Below, piece after piece: positions 17,565-28,821 of a stretch of DNA of 64,000 nt. The stretch is from Candidatus Altiarchaeales archaeon (lineage in GTDB: Archaea; Altiarchaeota; Altiarchaeia; IMC4; SCGC-AAA252-I15), in contig WJMO01000008.1 in the NCBI GenBank assembly GCA_014727915.1, positions 1 through 64,000 on the forward strand, in the 5' to 3' direction. Within the stretch, counting starts at the first letter, position 1; every line of letters starts with the position of its first letter. The position numbers were made by a program, and so were the translations under genes. The notes under the pieces are model-generated. The model was not told the DNA's origin. It worked only from the letters and a program-made list of their open reading frames with translations, and searched no databases.

Positions 17565-19004
17565 ATGGAATCCGCAGGGTTGGTAGTTGAAAGCGAGGGC
17601 AGCCGGTGCGAGGTGCAGGTCACGTCCGAGCAGGTGGAGCTGGGAAGCATACTGAGGATAGGGCGCCTGTATGGGATAGTCGCGTACATGCGATACCGGG
17701 ACGACGACAAGATCGGCAGCAAGCAGAAGCTGAACGCGTCGGTACAGATATTCGGGGAGAAGACCGACGCGGGGATGAGGTCCATAAAGAAGCCCGTTAA
17801 ACCCTACAGCAAAGCCTACCCAGCTTCTGGGGAGGACCTGGAGGAGCTGCTGGACTGCGCGGACAGTATAAGCTTCGGGGTAGTGCACGGGACCGGCGCA
17901 CGCGCCTACGTGGACGGGGGAGAATACGACCGCCACACCGCGGTGCTGGCGTCCACCGGGGCCGGCAAGAGCTACCTGACCGCCAACTTGATAAAGGAAT
18001 ATTCGCTGAAGGGACTGCCGGTTTTGGTGGTGGACACCCACGGGGAATTTCCCGGCCTATTGTCGCTGATACGGACAGAGGAGCCGTTGGAGATAGAAGT
18101 GTACACTGTAGGCAGGGATAAGCAGGGCTACAAGACGTTCACCATACCCGTTTCCACGCTGACCTGCGGGGACTACAGGCACTTCACCAACCTGAACGAC
18201 AACCAGGTGCACGCGTTGGACATGGTGTTGAACAGGGTATACCACAGGAAGGGGGAGGAGTACAGCCTTGACGACGTGGTGGGCGTCTGCGAGGAACTCA
18301 GCGAGGAAGCTGGGAGGGGCAACGCGAAAGTCCACGAGGAGACCGCGAAGGCGTTGGAGCGGAGGATACGGAGCCTGAGGAACATATTCAAGGGAGTGTT
18401 CACCGTTGACGGGACAGACCTGAACCAGCTGGTGCAACCATATAAGATCGCCGTGATAGACACGTCACTGTCCACACAGGGAGTCAGGCAGAGCGTCGTC
18501 TCATACATCTGCAAGAAGCTCCTGGACGGTAGGATAAACAAGAAGCACACCCTAGACGGCAAGGCAATCGACAACGACGTGTTGTTGGTGGTTGAAGAGG
18601 CGCACAACTACGCGGGAGCCAGCCTCGACCACAGCTGCAAACGCCAGCTCCAGAGGATAGCCGGCGAGGGGCGGAAGTTCGGCATCGGATTGATGGTGGT
18701 CAGCCAGAAGCCGAGCAAGATAGACGAGGAGATACTCAGCCAATGCAACACGGGAGTGTACATGCACATAACCAACCCACGAGACAAAGACCACATCAGG
18801 AGGAGCTTCGAATCCGTGAGCGACGAGATCATAAAGGAGCTGGACAGCCTGGACGTCGGCGAATGCGTCATAACGGGCGCGATGCTCAAGCTACCCTTCC
18901 TCCTCTGCACCGTCGACCGGATAGAATCACCCAAGAAAAGAGAGAGGAAGCTGCAGTACAAGCGGAAGAGACACGTCAAGACAGGAAAGTTCGACTACGT
19001 CTGA
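17565..19004 (+). CDS. HerA/FtsK-family ATPase
   Basis: HTAVLASTGAGKS, VDTHGE, VEEAHNY, EGRKFGIGL, SQKPS. Confidence 0.9.
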   Translation: MESAGLVVESEGSRCEVQVTSEQVELGSILRIGRLYGIVAYMRYRDDDKIGSKQKLNASVQIFGEKTDAGMRSIKKPVKPYSKAYPASGEDLEELLDCADSISFGVVHGTGARAYVDGGEYDRHTAVLASTGAGKSYLTANLIKEYSLKGLPVLVVDTHGEFPGLLSLIRTEEPLEIEVYTVGRDKQGYKTFTIPVSTLTCGDYRHFTNLNDNQVHALDMVLNRVYHRKGEEYSLDDVVGVCEELSEEAGRGNAKVHEETAKALERRIRSLRNIFKGVFTVDGTDLNQLVQPYKIAVIDTSLSTQGVRQSVVSYICKKLLDGRINKKHTLDGKAIDNDVLLVVEEAHNYAGASLDHSCKRQLQRIAGEGRKFGIGLMVVSQKPSKIDEEILSQCNTGVYMHITNPRDKDHIRRSFESVSDEIIKELDSLDVGECVITGAMLKLPFLLCTVDRIESPKKRERKLQYKRKRHVKTGKFDYV

Positions 19005-19005
19005 A

Positions 19006-19479
19006 CTACTCGTTTGCCGGCGGTCCGATCTCATGGTGTATGCTCTTCAATAGCCTGCCCATGTTCCGCTCAAGCGAACGCCCTTGAATTTCTCTAAGAG
19101 ATGATATCATGGCATCACCGCCATCAAGACTTTCGATAGAAGCCACCGCCAAAACGCCAACAACCCTGTCGCTTGGCGGGGAATCATCATCGATGGCGGT
19201 CTGCAACTCTGGCCTGCCAGATTTGGCCCCATGAGACGCAACCCTTCGAATCGCATTGTAAACCGTGCATACGCCAGCCAACCCCACAGTTTGAACTATC
19301 TGGGCCTCCACCCCCAACTGGGTAGGGTCTCTACGGCCACCTATCATCGCCTGAACTGCAGACTCCCACTCCACCCCCGGGAGCCTAGGCCGTTCCATAG
19401 GAGGTCTACCCGAATCATGCGACTCATCAACACCACGATGGAAGGTCTCTCTAGGATTCCGCTCACCGCTCTTACCCAT
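19006..19479 (-). CDS. Hypothetical orphan protein
   Basis: ATG at 19479 with TTTTAAAA upstream; stop 1 bp from the HerA stop. Confidence 0.6.
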   Translation of the reverse strand: MGKSGERNPRETFHRGVDESHDSGRPPMERPRLPGVEWESAVQAMIGGRRDPTQLGVEAQIVQTVGLAGVCTVYNAIRRVASHGAKSGRPELQTAIDDDSPPSDRVVGVLAVASIESLDGGDAMISSLREIQGRSLERNMGRLLKSIHHEIGPPANE

Positions 19480-19561
19480 CTTAAGAAAGATAGGGCAGTA
19501 TTTTAAAATATTTGGAAAACAACCCTGTTTTTTTATTCGAGCACATCCTATCCCTAACAAG

Positions 19562-21027
<1,466 letters not shown>

Positions 21028-21031
<4 letters not shown>

Positions 21032-21417
21032 GGCTTTTTCCTGGTCGTCGCCCACCTCGCAGTCTTCAGCACGGATGACCCCAACCGTTCCTCATCGACT
21101 ATTATGCGGTTCAGGCGACCCGTATCAGGCCTGCGAGCGTATACCTCATCGGCGTCGTATGCGTGCTGAAAGTCGGCTGACAGGGGGTGGCAGCCGCCAT
21201 CCCTCAGAACCGAAAGCGAAGGGCCCAACACTACAACCCGGGACTCCCCCCTGTGAGACATCGAGTCCGACTCCAGCCGCTCCAGAAGTTCTGGCAGGCC
21301 CATATCCGAGATTTCTCCACGGGCCTCGCCCCAGCTGCGAAGGGAGAGCATGAACGAACCATTTTCTTTACTGTCCACGTAGGCCACCCTCTTTCCCTTG
21401 AGTCTTGAATCAGCCAT
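21028..21417 (-). CDS. Hypothetical orphan protein
   Basis: 129-aa ORF filling the gap; stop overlaps the pheS stop. Confidence 0.55.
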
Positions 21418-21418
21418 C

Positions 21419-22273
21419 TCATCCCTGGCTCTTCCTTTTCCTCGAAACCACCACTACTACCGCAACCACTATGACCAACAACACGAGGGCGGGGATCACA
21501 TAGGACATCAGCGAGGCCCTGACCTCCAACGACTTTTCAGAAGGTTTGTAACCGTACAGTTCAGCCACCAGCTTCCACCGGCCGGTCTCGTCAGCCTTCA
21601 TCTCAAGGAAACCGGACTCGTCGGTGCCGTAAAAAATGGATTCCCCGCTGGGCTTAAAGGCCATCACAAGGGCTTCAACGCCCTCGCCAGCGGATGTGAC
21701 CTGGACTGTCATCTCCTCGCCGGATACGATCTCCAAAGGCGCCTCCAAGGAGAGATCCCCGAGCGACTGGCAGTAGACGCATCCACCGCCGCAGTCAACG
21801 CCCTCCTCGCCCTCGTCCTGTAAGCCGTTCTTGCATGAAGACGGCGGATTGGACATGATCGAGTGATTCAAGCCCTTGTCTCCCGCGTTGTCGCTCACTT
21901 CTATCACGCACGCCATCCCAGGAGGCGGGGGATCAACCACAAAGGCGGCATAGACCCGGCCCTTTATGGTGGACTCTTCCCGGAGTGTTGTGAAATCCGC
22001 TTCCAACCGGTCTGAGAAGCCACCAGCAGAAGGAGCCCCCATGAACGCGGAAGCCGATTTTATGTCCATCATGCTGTTAAGGTCCTCGGCCACGCCCGCA
22101 CACCAGACCACCCCGTATTCAGACGGCGGCGACGACCTGACGTCATACACCTTAGGGAGGCTGTTTATGATCTTGACCTTCAGATCGGCAGCCTGGCACG
22201 AGACTGGAGATGCTGAGAAAGACAGAAGAACCAAAGCCGCGGAGAGAACACCCCAAGCCCCCAGACGGTCCAT
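21419..22273 (-). CDS. Secreted, C-terminally anchored protein with Ig-like segments and a Cys motif
   Basis: Signal peptide, CKNGLQDEGEEGVDCGGGC, C-terminal TM followed by RKRK. Confidence 0.75.
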   Translation of the reverse strand: MDRLGAWGVLSAALVLLSFSASPVSCQAADLKVKIINSLPKVYDVRSSPPSEYGVVWCAGVAEDLNSMMDIKSASAFMGAPSAGGFSDRLEADFTTLREESTIKGRVYAAFVVDPPPPGMACVIEVSDNAGDKGLNHSIMSNPPSSCKNGLQDEGEEGVDCGGGCVYCQSLGDLSLEAPLEIVSGEEMTVQVTSAGEGVEALVMAFKPSGESIFYGTDESGFLEMKADETGRWKLVAELYGYKPSEKSLEVRASLMSYVIPALVLLVIVVAVVVVVSRKRKSQG

Positions 22274-22280
22274 AACAGTC

Positions 22281-23147
22281 CTATATTAGAATTGGCGTAA
22301 TATAAACCTCAATAAAAGCCGAGAGTAAAAGCACCAGGAGGGACAGTATCACAAGGTCCAGGGAGTCCCTGACAACCCTCCAGAACTCCTCTGACCTGAA
22401 GTGGTGGCAGACAACAGCCGACGAGATTATCCCCCCAGCCAAGGCACCCAGGAAATAGCTGGCCACCTCGGGTATCCCGTGTACCATGTAGCCCAAGCCC
22501 ACGGGCAATACGCTGAAGTAGTTTATCAGAACGTTACTGTGACCGTATCCTGCCAGCACCTGGATGCCCTCCCGTACGACATTGCCTATCGCAACCCCTA
22601 TGACGGAAGCGTTCCATGTGAGTATGAATATAGCCCCCGCACCATAGAGGAAGGAGAACAGTATGCAGAAGGCGAGGACTCGTAGGTTGTTCTTGACTAT
22701 CGCCTCCAACCTCAAAGACTTGAACTCCTCGAAAGCAGTTGCCGAACCTATGGACCTCATCCTGCCATGTATGACCGAAAGCGTCTCTATCTGGGATCCG
22801 AACGCCTTGTTCACCGTGTCCTCCGGGAGGAACGTGAACCAGAAGGAGTAGGCAGCGACCAAGCCGATGAACAGGTATATGAAGAAGTACAGTATGTGCA
22901 TGTGCTCCTTCATGAGCTTCGACTCCGAGCATATCCTAAGGTCCTTCTCCTCCTCGCACTTGATAGCCCGGTACATGACCACCACAAGCGGCAAGGTCGT
23001 GAGGAAGATGCCGACGATGCTGGAATACTTTCCGAAAACCCACAAACCAAGGAACAAGCCGATGGACGCGTAGGTGAAGCCTATTATGAACATCCTCTTA
23101 GGATGCCGCTCCCATCTCTCAGGGACCACAACAGACTCCAAGACCAT
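22281..23147 (-). CDS. SpoIIM-family membrane protein
   Basis: IVKNNLRV, GAGAIFILTWNASVIG, HGIPE, SAFIEVYITP. Confidence 0.85.
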   Translation of the reverse strand: MVLESVVVPERWERHPKRMFIIGFTYASIGLFLGLWVFGKYSSIVGIFLTTLPLVVVMYRAIKCEEEKDLRICSESKLMKEHMHILYFFIYLFIGLVAAYSFWFTFLPEDTVNKAFGSQIETLSVIHGRMRSIGSATAFEEFKSLRLEAIVKNNLRVLAFCILFSFLYGAGAIFILTWNASVIGVAIGNVVREGIQVLAGYGHSNVLINYFSVLPVGLGYMVHGIPEVASYFLGALAGGIISSAVVCHHFRSEEFWRVVRDSLDLVILSLLVLLLSAFIEVYITPILI

Positions 23148-23187
23148 AATGTAATGATATATGAGGGAGGAGATATAATTTATAACA

Positions 23188-23661
23188 ATGCCAGGCGCTG
23201 TCGAAGAACGATTGGACGAGCTGATAGGAAAAGACCACGGCAAGATAGGGCCGGGGGAATACCTGAAAAGAATAGACAGCATATTCCCCAGAGACGATGT
23301 GACACCAGTTGACCTCCAATGGGCATATGATAACCTGTTAGAAACACGCGGGGGAGAAGAGACCTTCCGGGCTGTGGGACAGCAGCTGAACAGGCTGCAC
23401 AGCCAGGACAACACACGCGGAAAATGCGTTGACAGTCTGAGGAGGCTATCCCTGGGCAACCCCATGTACGAGACCATATGGGGCTATGAGATCTGGGAAC
23501 ACCTAAACGACAACCTCCGGATGACGGTGGTCAGGACACAAGTGCACGAAGCAGAGCGCGGCAGAAACTCTACAGACTACGTGGCCCCAGAGGAGTTCAT
23601 CCAAAGCAGGATAAACGCAGAATACCGTAACCAACTCTTAAGATTGAAGAAGAAACACTAA
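23188..23661 (+). CDS. Hypothetical orphan protein
   Basis: 157-aa ORF divergent from the SpoIIM-family gene; stop overlaps the gatA stop. Confidence 0.6.
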   Translation: MPGAVEERLDELIGKDHGKIGPGEYLKRIDSIFPRDDVTPVDLQWAYDNLLETRGGEETFRAVGQQLNRLHSQDNTRGKCVDSLRRLSLGNPMYETIWGYEIWEHLNDNLRMTVVRTQVHEAERGRNSTDYVAPEEFIQSRINAEYRNQLLRLKKKH

Positions 23662-24923
23662 ACCTCCTCAAGCGCGCGCATGACATTCAAGACTTTCTGA
23701 TCTTCTAAGGGTTTGCCCATCACGTGCAAGCCGGTTGGTATGCCATCGACTTTCCCTGCTGGGACGCTGCCTGCCGGAAGCCCCGCCAGGTTCGCGGGGG
23801 TGGTGAAGATGTCATAGGCGTACATCACCCGGGGATCGGTTATCTCATCGCCAAGCCTATGGGGGAGCTTCGGGACAACAGGGCCGACCAGGACATCCAC
23901 GCCCCCCAACGCAGCCTCCAAGTCAGACCTTATGAGAGACCGGGCCTGCAACGCCTTCCGATAGTATCTCCCGCTGTATTCCTTCTGGCTTATGTACCTG
24001 CCCAACAGTATGCGCCTGAGAACCTCCTCGCCGCACACATCCTCTATCCTTTTACCATACCTTCGGCCGTCGAACTTGCGGGTAGCGCTGAAGAACTCCA
24101 CATAGACGTTCAAATAATAGGTTGGGAGAGCCAGGTCAAGGTTCGGCAGGCTGACGTCCACCACCTCCGCTCCAAGGGAGGACAGCCTGTCAACGGCAGA
24201 GTGAACAACCCTGCCAATCCCCTTGTCAGATATGAAATCGTCGAATTCCCCGGCATACCCGAGGCGCATGCCCTTAACGTCCGGGTCAAGCTTGGATGAG
24301 AACTTGCCAGGACCGTCTGATATCGAAGTTGCATCCCTGCTGTCATATCCTGACACCACATCCAACAGCAACGCGGCAGTCTCCACGTCCCTGGCCAGCG
24401 GCCCGATCTGGTCCAAGCTCATGGCCAAGTCGATGAGACCATACCTGGAGACGAGCCCATAGGTGGGCTTGAAGCCGACGACCCCGCAGTGGGATGCAGG
24501 GTTGCGTATGCTTCCCCCCGTGTCGGAACCCAACGCACAGTCGACAAATCCGGCCGCAACCGCAGCAGCGCACCCGCTGCTGGAACCGCCTGGTATCCTG
24601 CCCTCAGCCGACGGATTCTGAGTCACACCATAATATGACGTCTCGCCCGAGCCACCGCATGCGAACTCGTCCATGTTGGCCATGCCAAGGATATAACCGC
24701 CCTCAGCCTTCAAACGCTCTATTACACAGGCATCGTAGGGTGAGATGTAGTCCTCCAGAGTCTTGGAACCCGCAGACGCGAGAAGACCCTCAACGCAGAT
24801 GTTGGACTTCACCGCAACAGACAATCCACCCAGACAGCCCCCACCGCCCAGGGTGAACCCCTCGTTGAAAGCGATGAACGAGTTGACCCGCCGGTCAGAC
24901 TCCCTGACATCCTCCAGGTCCAT
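23658..24923 (-). CDS. gatA: Asp/Glu-tRNA amidotransferase subunit A
   Basis: NMDEFACG, PGGSSSG, GSDTGGSIRNPASHCG, RFDG-like KFDGRRYG. Confidence 0.95.
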   Translation of the reverse strand: MDLEDVRESDRRVNSFIAFNEGFTLGGGGCLGGLSVAVKSNICVEGLLASAGSKTLEDYISPYDACVIERLKAEGGYILGMANMDEFACGGSGETSYYGVTQNPSAEGRIPGGSSSGCAAAVAAGFVDCALGSDTGGSIRNPASHCGVVGFKPTYGLVSRYGLIDLAMSLDQIGPLARDVETAALLLDVVSGYDSRDATSISDGPGKFSSKLDPDVKGMRLGYAGEFDDFISDKGIGRVVHSAVDRLSSLGAEVVDVSLPNLDLALPTYYLNVYVEFFSATRKFDGRRYGKRIEDVCGEEVLRRILLGRYISQKEYSGRYYRKALQARSLIRSDLEAALGGVDVLVGPVVPKLPHRLGDEITDPRVMYAYDIFTTPANLAGLPAGSVPAGKVDGIPTGLHVMGKPLEDQKVLNVMRALEEV

Positions 24924-24962
24924 ATCCCTATAGATTAAGTAAGACGTATAAAAAACACGATT

Positions 24963-25181
24963 TCAGAACACGCCAGCCTTCCTCAGGAAAAACGCGACAA
25001 ACCACGTTAAAATGCCCGCAGCAACGAGTATGAATCCCATCTCCTGGAACTGATTGCTTATGACGGCGGTGTCCATTTCACCCAGTGAGATTATCCTCAC
25101 AGAGACCAGATAGCCGAAGCTCATGAAAAAAGCGCCTAATAGTACCAGGCCAACGGACATTATGGACTCGAGCAACCTCAT
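24963..25181 (-). CDS. Small two-TM membrane protein, coupled to the KaiC-like gene
   Basis: Two hydrophobic segments; ATG 1 bp after the KaiC-like stop. Confidence 0.6.
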   Translation of the reverse strand: MRLLESIMSVGLVLLGAFFMSFGYLVSVRIISLGEMDTAVISNQFQEMGFILVAAGILTWFVAFFLRKAGVF

Positions 25182-25182
25182 A

Positions 25183-25947
25183 CTAGAACACCTGCTCACC
25201 CGGCATTATCTTTATCCCTTCCCCGGTTATCATATAGGATACCAGCTCTTTCACATGGTCCGAGCACCTCAACTTGAGGATCTCCAATGCCCGCCTCCGT
25301 ACCTGGCCCTTGCGGAGGTTGTAGAAGACTATGACACCGTCAACGAGGAACTCCTCGATGCCCGTCTTGCTGTAGAGGCTCGGGTCCTGTTCGGACTCGC
25401 AGATAAGGAAATTCAGAGAATTATGCTGGTTAAGAGAGTCCACCAGCGCCTGTATGTATATCCGGTAGTGGTCCTTGTTCGTGAAAGCAGCCTCCAAGGT
25501 AGAAACCGAATCCAACACTATCCTGTCCGGCTTGAAGGGCATCTTAACAGACCTTGAATCCACCAGCGAGAGAGAGTCATGCCCGTCGAATAGGGAGCGG
25601 TCTATGGACGAGCGCTTCTGCCGGTTCACTATCAATGAGGTCACATCCTCCGCCAGATAGAATGGGTCGACCTTCTGGAGTGATAGAAGGCCCTTCTCCT
25701 CCAGGGAAGCTAGATCCCAGCCGAAGTTGTTGATCATGTTGGCTCTGATCTTCTCAACATCCTCGCTCAAGGATATGAACATCCCCTTCTCGCCAGCCAA
25801 AGCCCCATTGTAGAGGGACTGCAGCGTGAAAACCGTCTTACCGACCCCGCATCCGCCCGACACAAGAACAGTGTTACCCGCCTCTATGCCCCCCTTCTCG
25901 ATGAGGTCGTCAAAGGAGGAAACACGGGTTTTAAGGTATTCTGTCAC
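25183..25947 (-). CDS. KaiC-like/RAD55 RecA-superfamily ATPase
   Basis: GGCGVGKT, RIVLDS, EEFLVDGVI, LEILKLR. Confidence 0.88.
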   Translation of the reverse strand: MTEYLKTRVSSFDDLIEKGGIEAGNTVLVSGGCGVGKTVFTLQSLYNGALAGEKGMFISLSEDVEKIRANMINNFGWDLASLEEKGLLSLQKVDPFYLAEDVTSLIVNRQKRSSIDRSLFDGHDSLSLVDSRSVKMPFKPDRIVLDSVSTLEAAFTNKDHYRIYIQALVDSLNQHNSLNFLICESEQDPSLYSKTGIEEFLVDGVIVFYNLRKGQVRRRALEILKLRCSDHVKELVSYMITGEGIKIMPGEQVF

Positions 25948-26015
25948 TGGAAACCACCGATTAGGTATTCATTTGATTCAGTATAAATAAGCCTGATTAC
26001 AAATCATATCTTAGA

Positions 26016-27086
26016 ATGCGGTGGACGGCATTGGCGGTGTTTGTGCTGCTGGCAGGAGCAGCGTCGGGCGAGAACGTTTACAAGCAGGAACCCCTATGGA
26101 GCTACACCTTCGAGGGTAAGGTCAACTCGCTGCGAGCGCAAAACGACTCCGTCATCGTGGGAGGGGAAGACGGGATACACTCCCTGGGATATTCCAGGAC
26201 GTTGAGGTGGAGCCATGACACCGAATACGCGGTCACCTCAATACTGGCTAACGGGGAGATAACCGCCGCGTCTTCAGACGGTTACGTGAGGGCCTTCAGC
26301 CAGGCGGGGACCATGCTCTGGGAGAGGACAATACCTGGCTACGTGAACTACGTGGACGCCGTTGACTCGGGGGAGGGGGGGATAATCTGCGGTTCGATGG
26401 ACGGGTTCGTCTACATGCTCGACAAAGAGGGGGTTTTCAAGTGGAAGAGGCTAATAGGAAGCTACGTGGTCAAGACCAGGATACTATCGGACAGGATCGT
26501 GGCGGTGTCGGACAGGCAAGTGTACATACTGGACTTGGACGGGACCGTCCGCAGGGTATTGAACATCACAGGCTACATACTCTCCTCGGGAGTAGAGGAG
26601 GACAGGATAGCTGTGGGATTGGACGACGGTGTACTGTACGTGTTCAACAGGAGCGGCGACCTGCTGTGGAACCAGAACATCGGCAGCAGAGTCGACCAGA
26701 TACACGTTGGAGGCGAGATAATCGTGGCCTCCAAAGACGGTAGGATGGCCCTCTACAGCCTTGGCGGTGAGAGGATGTGGGTGCGGGAGCTGGGAGCTGC
26801 GGTCGTATCACTTGAATCAGACGGCGAATACATCCTGACAGGCACGTCAGACAACAAGGTCCACCTATACGACATGAAGGGCAACATAAGATGGTTCTAT
26901 GAGACTAACGGGAAGCCCACTAGGGTGTCCCTGAACGAGAGGAACATCATCTCCGGCACACAGACGGGCAGGGTCTACTATTCGAAGCTGCCCAAGAGAG
27001 ACGTCAAAGTATCGTTTATGCTGGCAGCCACCATAATATTGCTGGTGGGAACTGCGATAGTGGTGGTTTCAAGGAGTTGGAGGTGA
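26016..27086 (+). CDS. Secreted PQQ-type beta-propeller protein with C-terminal TM
   Basis: Signal peptide; repeated G..DG.VY....G...W motifs. Confidence 0.85.
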   Translation: MRWTALAVFVLLAGAASGENVYKQEPLWSYTFEGKVNSLRAQNDSVIVGGEDGIHSLGYSRTLRWSHDTEYAVTSILANGEITAASSDGYVRAFSQAGTMLWERTIPGYVNYVDAVDSGEGGIICGSMDGFVYMLDKEGVFKWKRLIGSYVVKTRILSDRIVAVSDRQVYILDLDGTVRRVLNITGYILSSGVEEDRIAVGLDDGVLYVFNRSGDLLWNQNIGSRVDQIHVGGEIIVASKDGRMALYSLGGERMWVRELGAAVVSLESDGEYILTGTSDNKVHLYDMKGNIRWFYETNGKPTRVSLNERNIISGTQTGRVYYSKLPKRDVKVSFMLAATIILLVGTAIVVVSRSWR

Positions 27087-27094
27087 AAGGAAAG

Positions 27095-28264
27095 ATGGAA
27101 GTCGGCATCGTGGGGAAGCCAAACGTGGGGAAGAGCACCCTGTTCAAGTCCTTGACCCTCGCCGACACGGAGATAGCAGCGTTCCCCTTCACAACCATAA
27201 AAGCCAACATAGGCGTAGGATACGTCAGGTCCAGGTGCCCCTGCGCAAGCCGCGGGAGAGCATGCAACCCCAACAACTCAATATGCAAGGCAGGAGAGAG
27301 GTTCACTCCGGTGAAGGTTATAGACGTGGCGGGGCTCGTCCCCGGGGCCCACGAGGGAAGGGGATTGGGGAACCAGTTCCTAGACGACCTCAGGCAGGCG
27401 GACGTGCTCATACACGTGGTGGACATCTCGGGCAGGACCGACGACAAGGGCGAGCCGACGGAAGGTCACGACCCCGAAGAGGACATACGATTCCTGGAGG
27501 ACGAGGTGAACCTCTGGTTCGCGGCCATCGTGAAGAGGAACTGGGCTACGGTTAAGAACAGGATAAAATACGAGCGCAAGAAGCTTATAGCAGAGCTGAT
27601 GAACGTCCTCAGCGGCTTGGGCGTGGGCGAGAAGCACGTGAAGGAATCCATAGACGCCGCGGGACTGTCGGGCGAGAGCGAGTGGAGTGAAGAGGACTGC
27701 GAACGGTTCGCGATAGCGTTGAGGGAGATCTCGAAGCCCATACTAGTGGCAGCCAACAAGATAGACCTGGGGAGGGACAACTACGAGAGGCTGAAGGGAG
27801 AGTATGACATGGTGCCAGTGTGCGCGGAGGCGGAGCTCGCACTCCGGGAGGCGGACATCCACGGACTCATAGAATACACGCCGGGAGACGGGGAATTCAA
27901 GATCGTGGGCGAAATCGACGACAAGAGAGCCAAGGCTCTGGAATTCATAAGGGAAAGGATACTCAAAGCCTACGGGAACACCGGCGTCCAAGACACGCTC
28001 AACAAGGCAGTCTACGACATACTCGGACTCATCACCGTCTACCCGGTGGAGAACGAGGGCAAACTGGAGGACGGGAAAGGAAACGTCCTGCCCGACAGCT
28101 ATCTCATGCCCGAAGGCTCGACCGCCCTGGACCTCGCCTACAGGATACACACCGACATCGGGGAGAAGTTCATCGGCGCAATAGACTGCAACACCAAGAT
28201 GAAAGTCGGGAAAGACCACCAGCTGAAAGACTGCGATGTGATAAAGATAATCAGCGGACGATGA
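27095..28264 (+). CDS. ychF: Obg-family ATPase YchF (archaeal), with TGS domain
   Basis: GKPNVGKST, FPFTTI, DVAGLVPGAHEGRGLGNQFL, NKID; GGAGGTGA Shine-Dalgarno upstream. Confidence 0.93.
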   Translation: MEVGIVGKPNVGKSTLFKSLTLADTEIAAFPFTTIKANIGVGYVRSRCPCASRGRACNPNNSICKAGERFTPVKVIDVAGLVPGAHEGRGLGNQFLDDLRQADVLIHVVDISGRTDDKGEPTEGHDPEEDIRFLEDEVNLWFAAIVKRNWATVKNRIKYERKKLIAELMNVLSGLGVGEKHVKESIDAAGLSGESEWSEEDCERFAIALREISKPILVAANKIDLGRDNYERLKGEYDMVPVCAEAELALREADIHGLIEYTPGDGEFKIVGEIDDKRAKALEFIRERILKAYGNTGVQDTLNKAVYDILGLITVYPVENEGKLEDGKGNVLPDSYLMPEGSTALDLAYRIHTDIGEKFIGAIDCNTKMKVGKDHQLKDCDVIKIISGR

Positions 28265-28800
28265 ATTCGGTGAATAAGAAGTGCATTATCCTGTGTCTGG
28301 CCGTTCTAGCCGTGGTCTTGCTTGCGCTCTGGCAGCTTGGTCTCTTCAACAGAGGGTGCATGACATGCACCTTCGGCGATGAGCTGTTCGGACCTAGAGT
28401 ATTGTATGAGAGTTGCAGGTGCAGGACAGCCTATTATGACACATGGACTGACGAAGATGGAGTCTTCCAATCAGTATTCTACAGCAGGCACATGCATGGG
28501 AGGGTCACCATATCAGCCGAGGATGCGAAGGTGTCAACGACTGACAATAGGATACCCTACGACAACAGGACCATGTGCAAGACCGTGACATTCAACAAGA
28601 CCGTGCTGGAAGGGGGAGAGGCAGTCCTGGTCAGGGCCGAGGGGTGCGGGAAGGGGATACCGACAGAGCACGTCAACGTATACTGGAGGGTGCCTGTCGT
28701 CGCTGACTACTCCTACGTCAACGGAAAGTCCAACCTTTCAAGGCAGGAATGGAGAACAGAACCGCACGACAGCATCCCAGGCAAACTGATGGTCAAATAA
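28261..28800 (+). CDS. Exported hypothetical protein with a pilin-like hydrophobic N-terminus
   Basis: ATGA overlap with ychF; LAVLAVVLLALWQLGLFN. Confidence 0.6.
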   Translation: MNSVNKKCIILCLAVLAVVLLALWQLGLFNRGCMTCTFGDELFGPRVLYESCRCRTAYYDTWTDEDGVFQSVFYSRHMHGRVTISAEDAKVSTTDNRIPYDNRTMCKTVTFNKTVLEGGEAVLVRAEGCGKGIPTEHVNVYWRVPVVADYSYVNGKSNLSRQEWRTEPHDSIPGKLMVK

Positions 28801-28821
28801 TATAAATTATTTATATTTTTT

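Noticed and set aside
17565-19479. HerA plus neighbour as an anti-phage system
   Set aside because: The neighbour is convergent and has no Sir2, nuclease or DUF4297-like motif
27820-28260. N-terminal extension of the 326-aa ORF
   Set aside because: Overlaps ychF in another frame; the real start is probably ATG 28261
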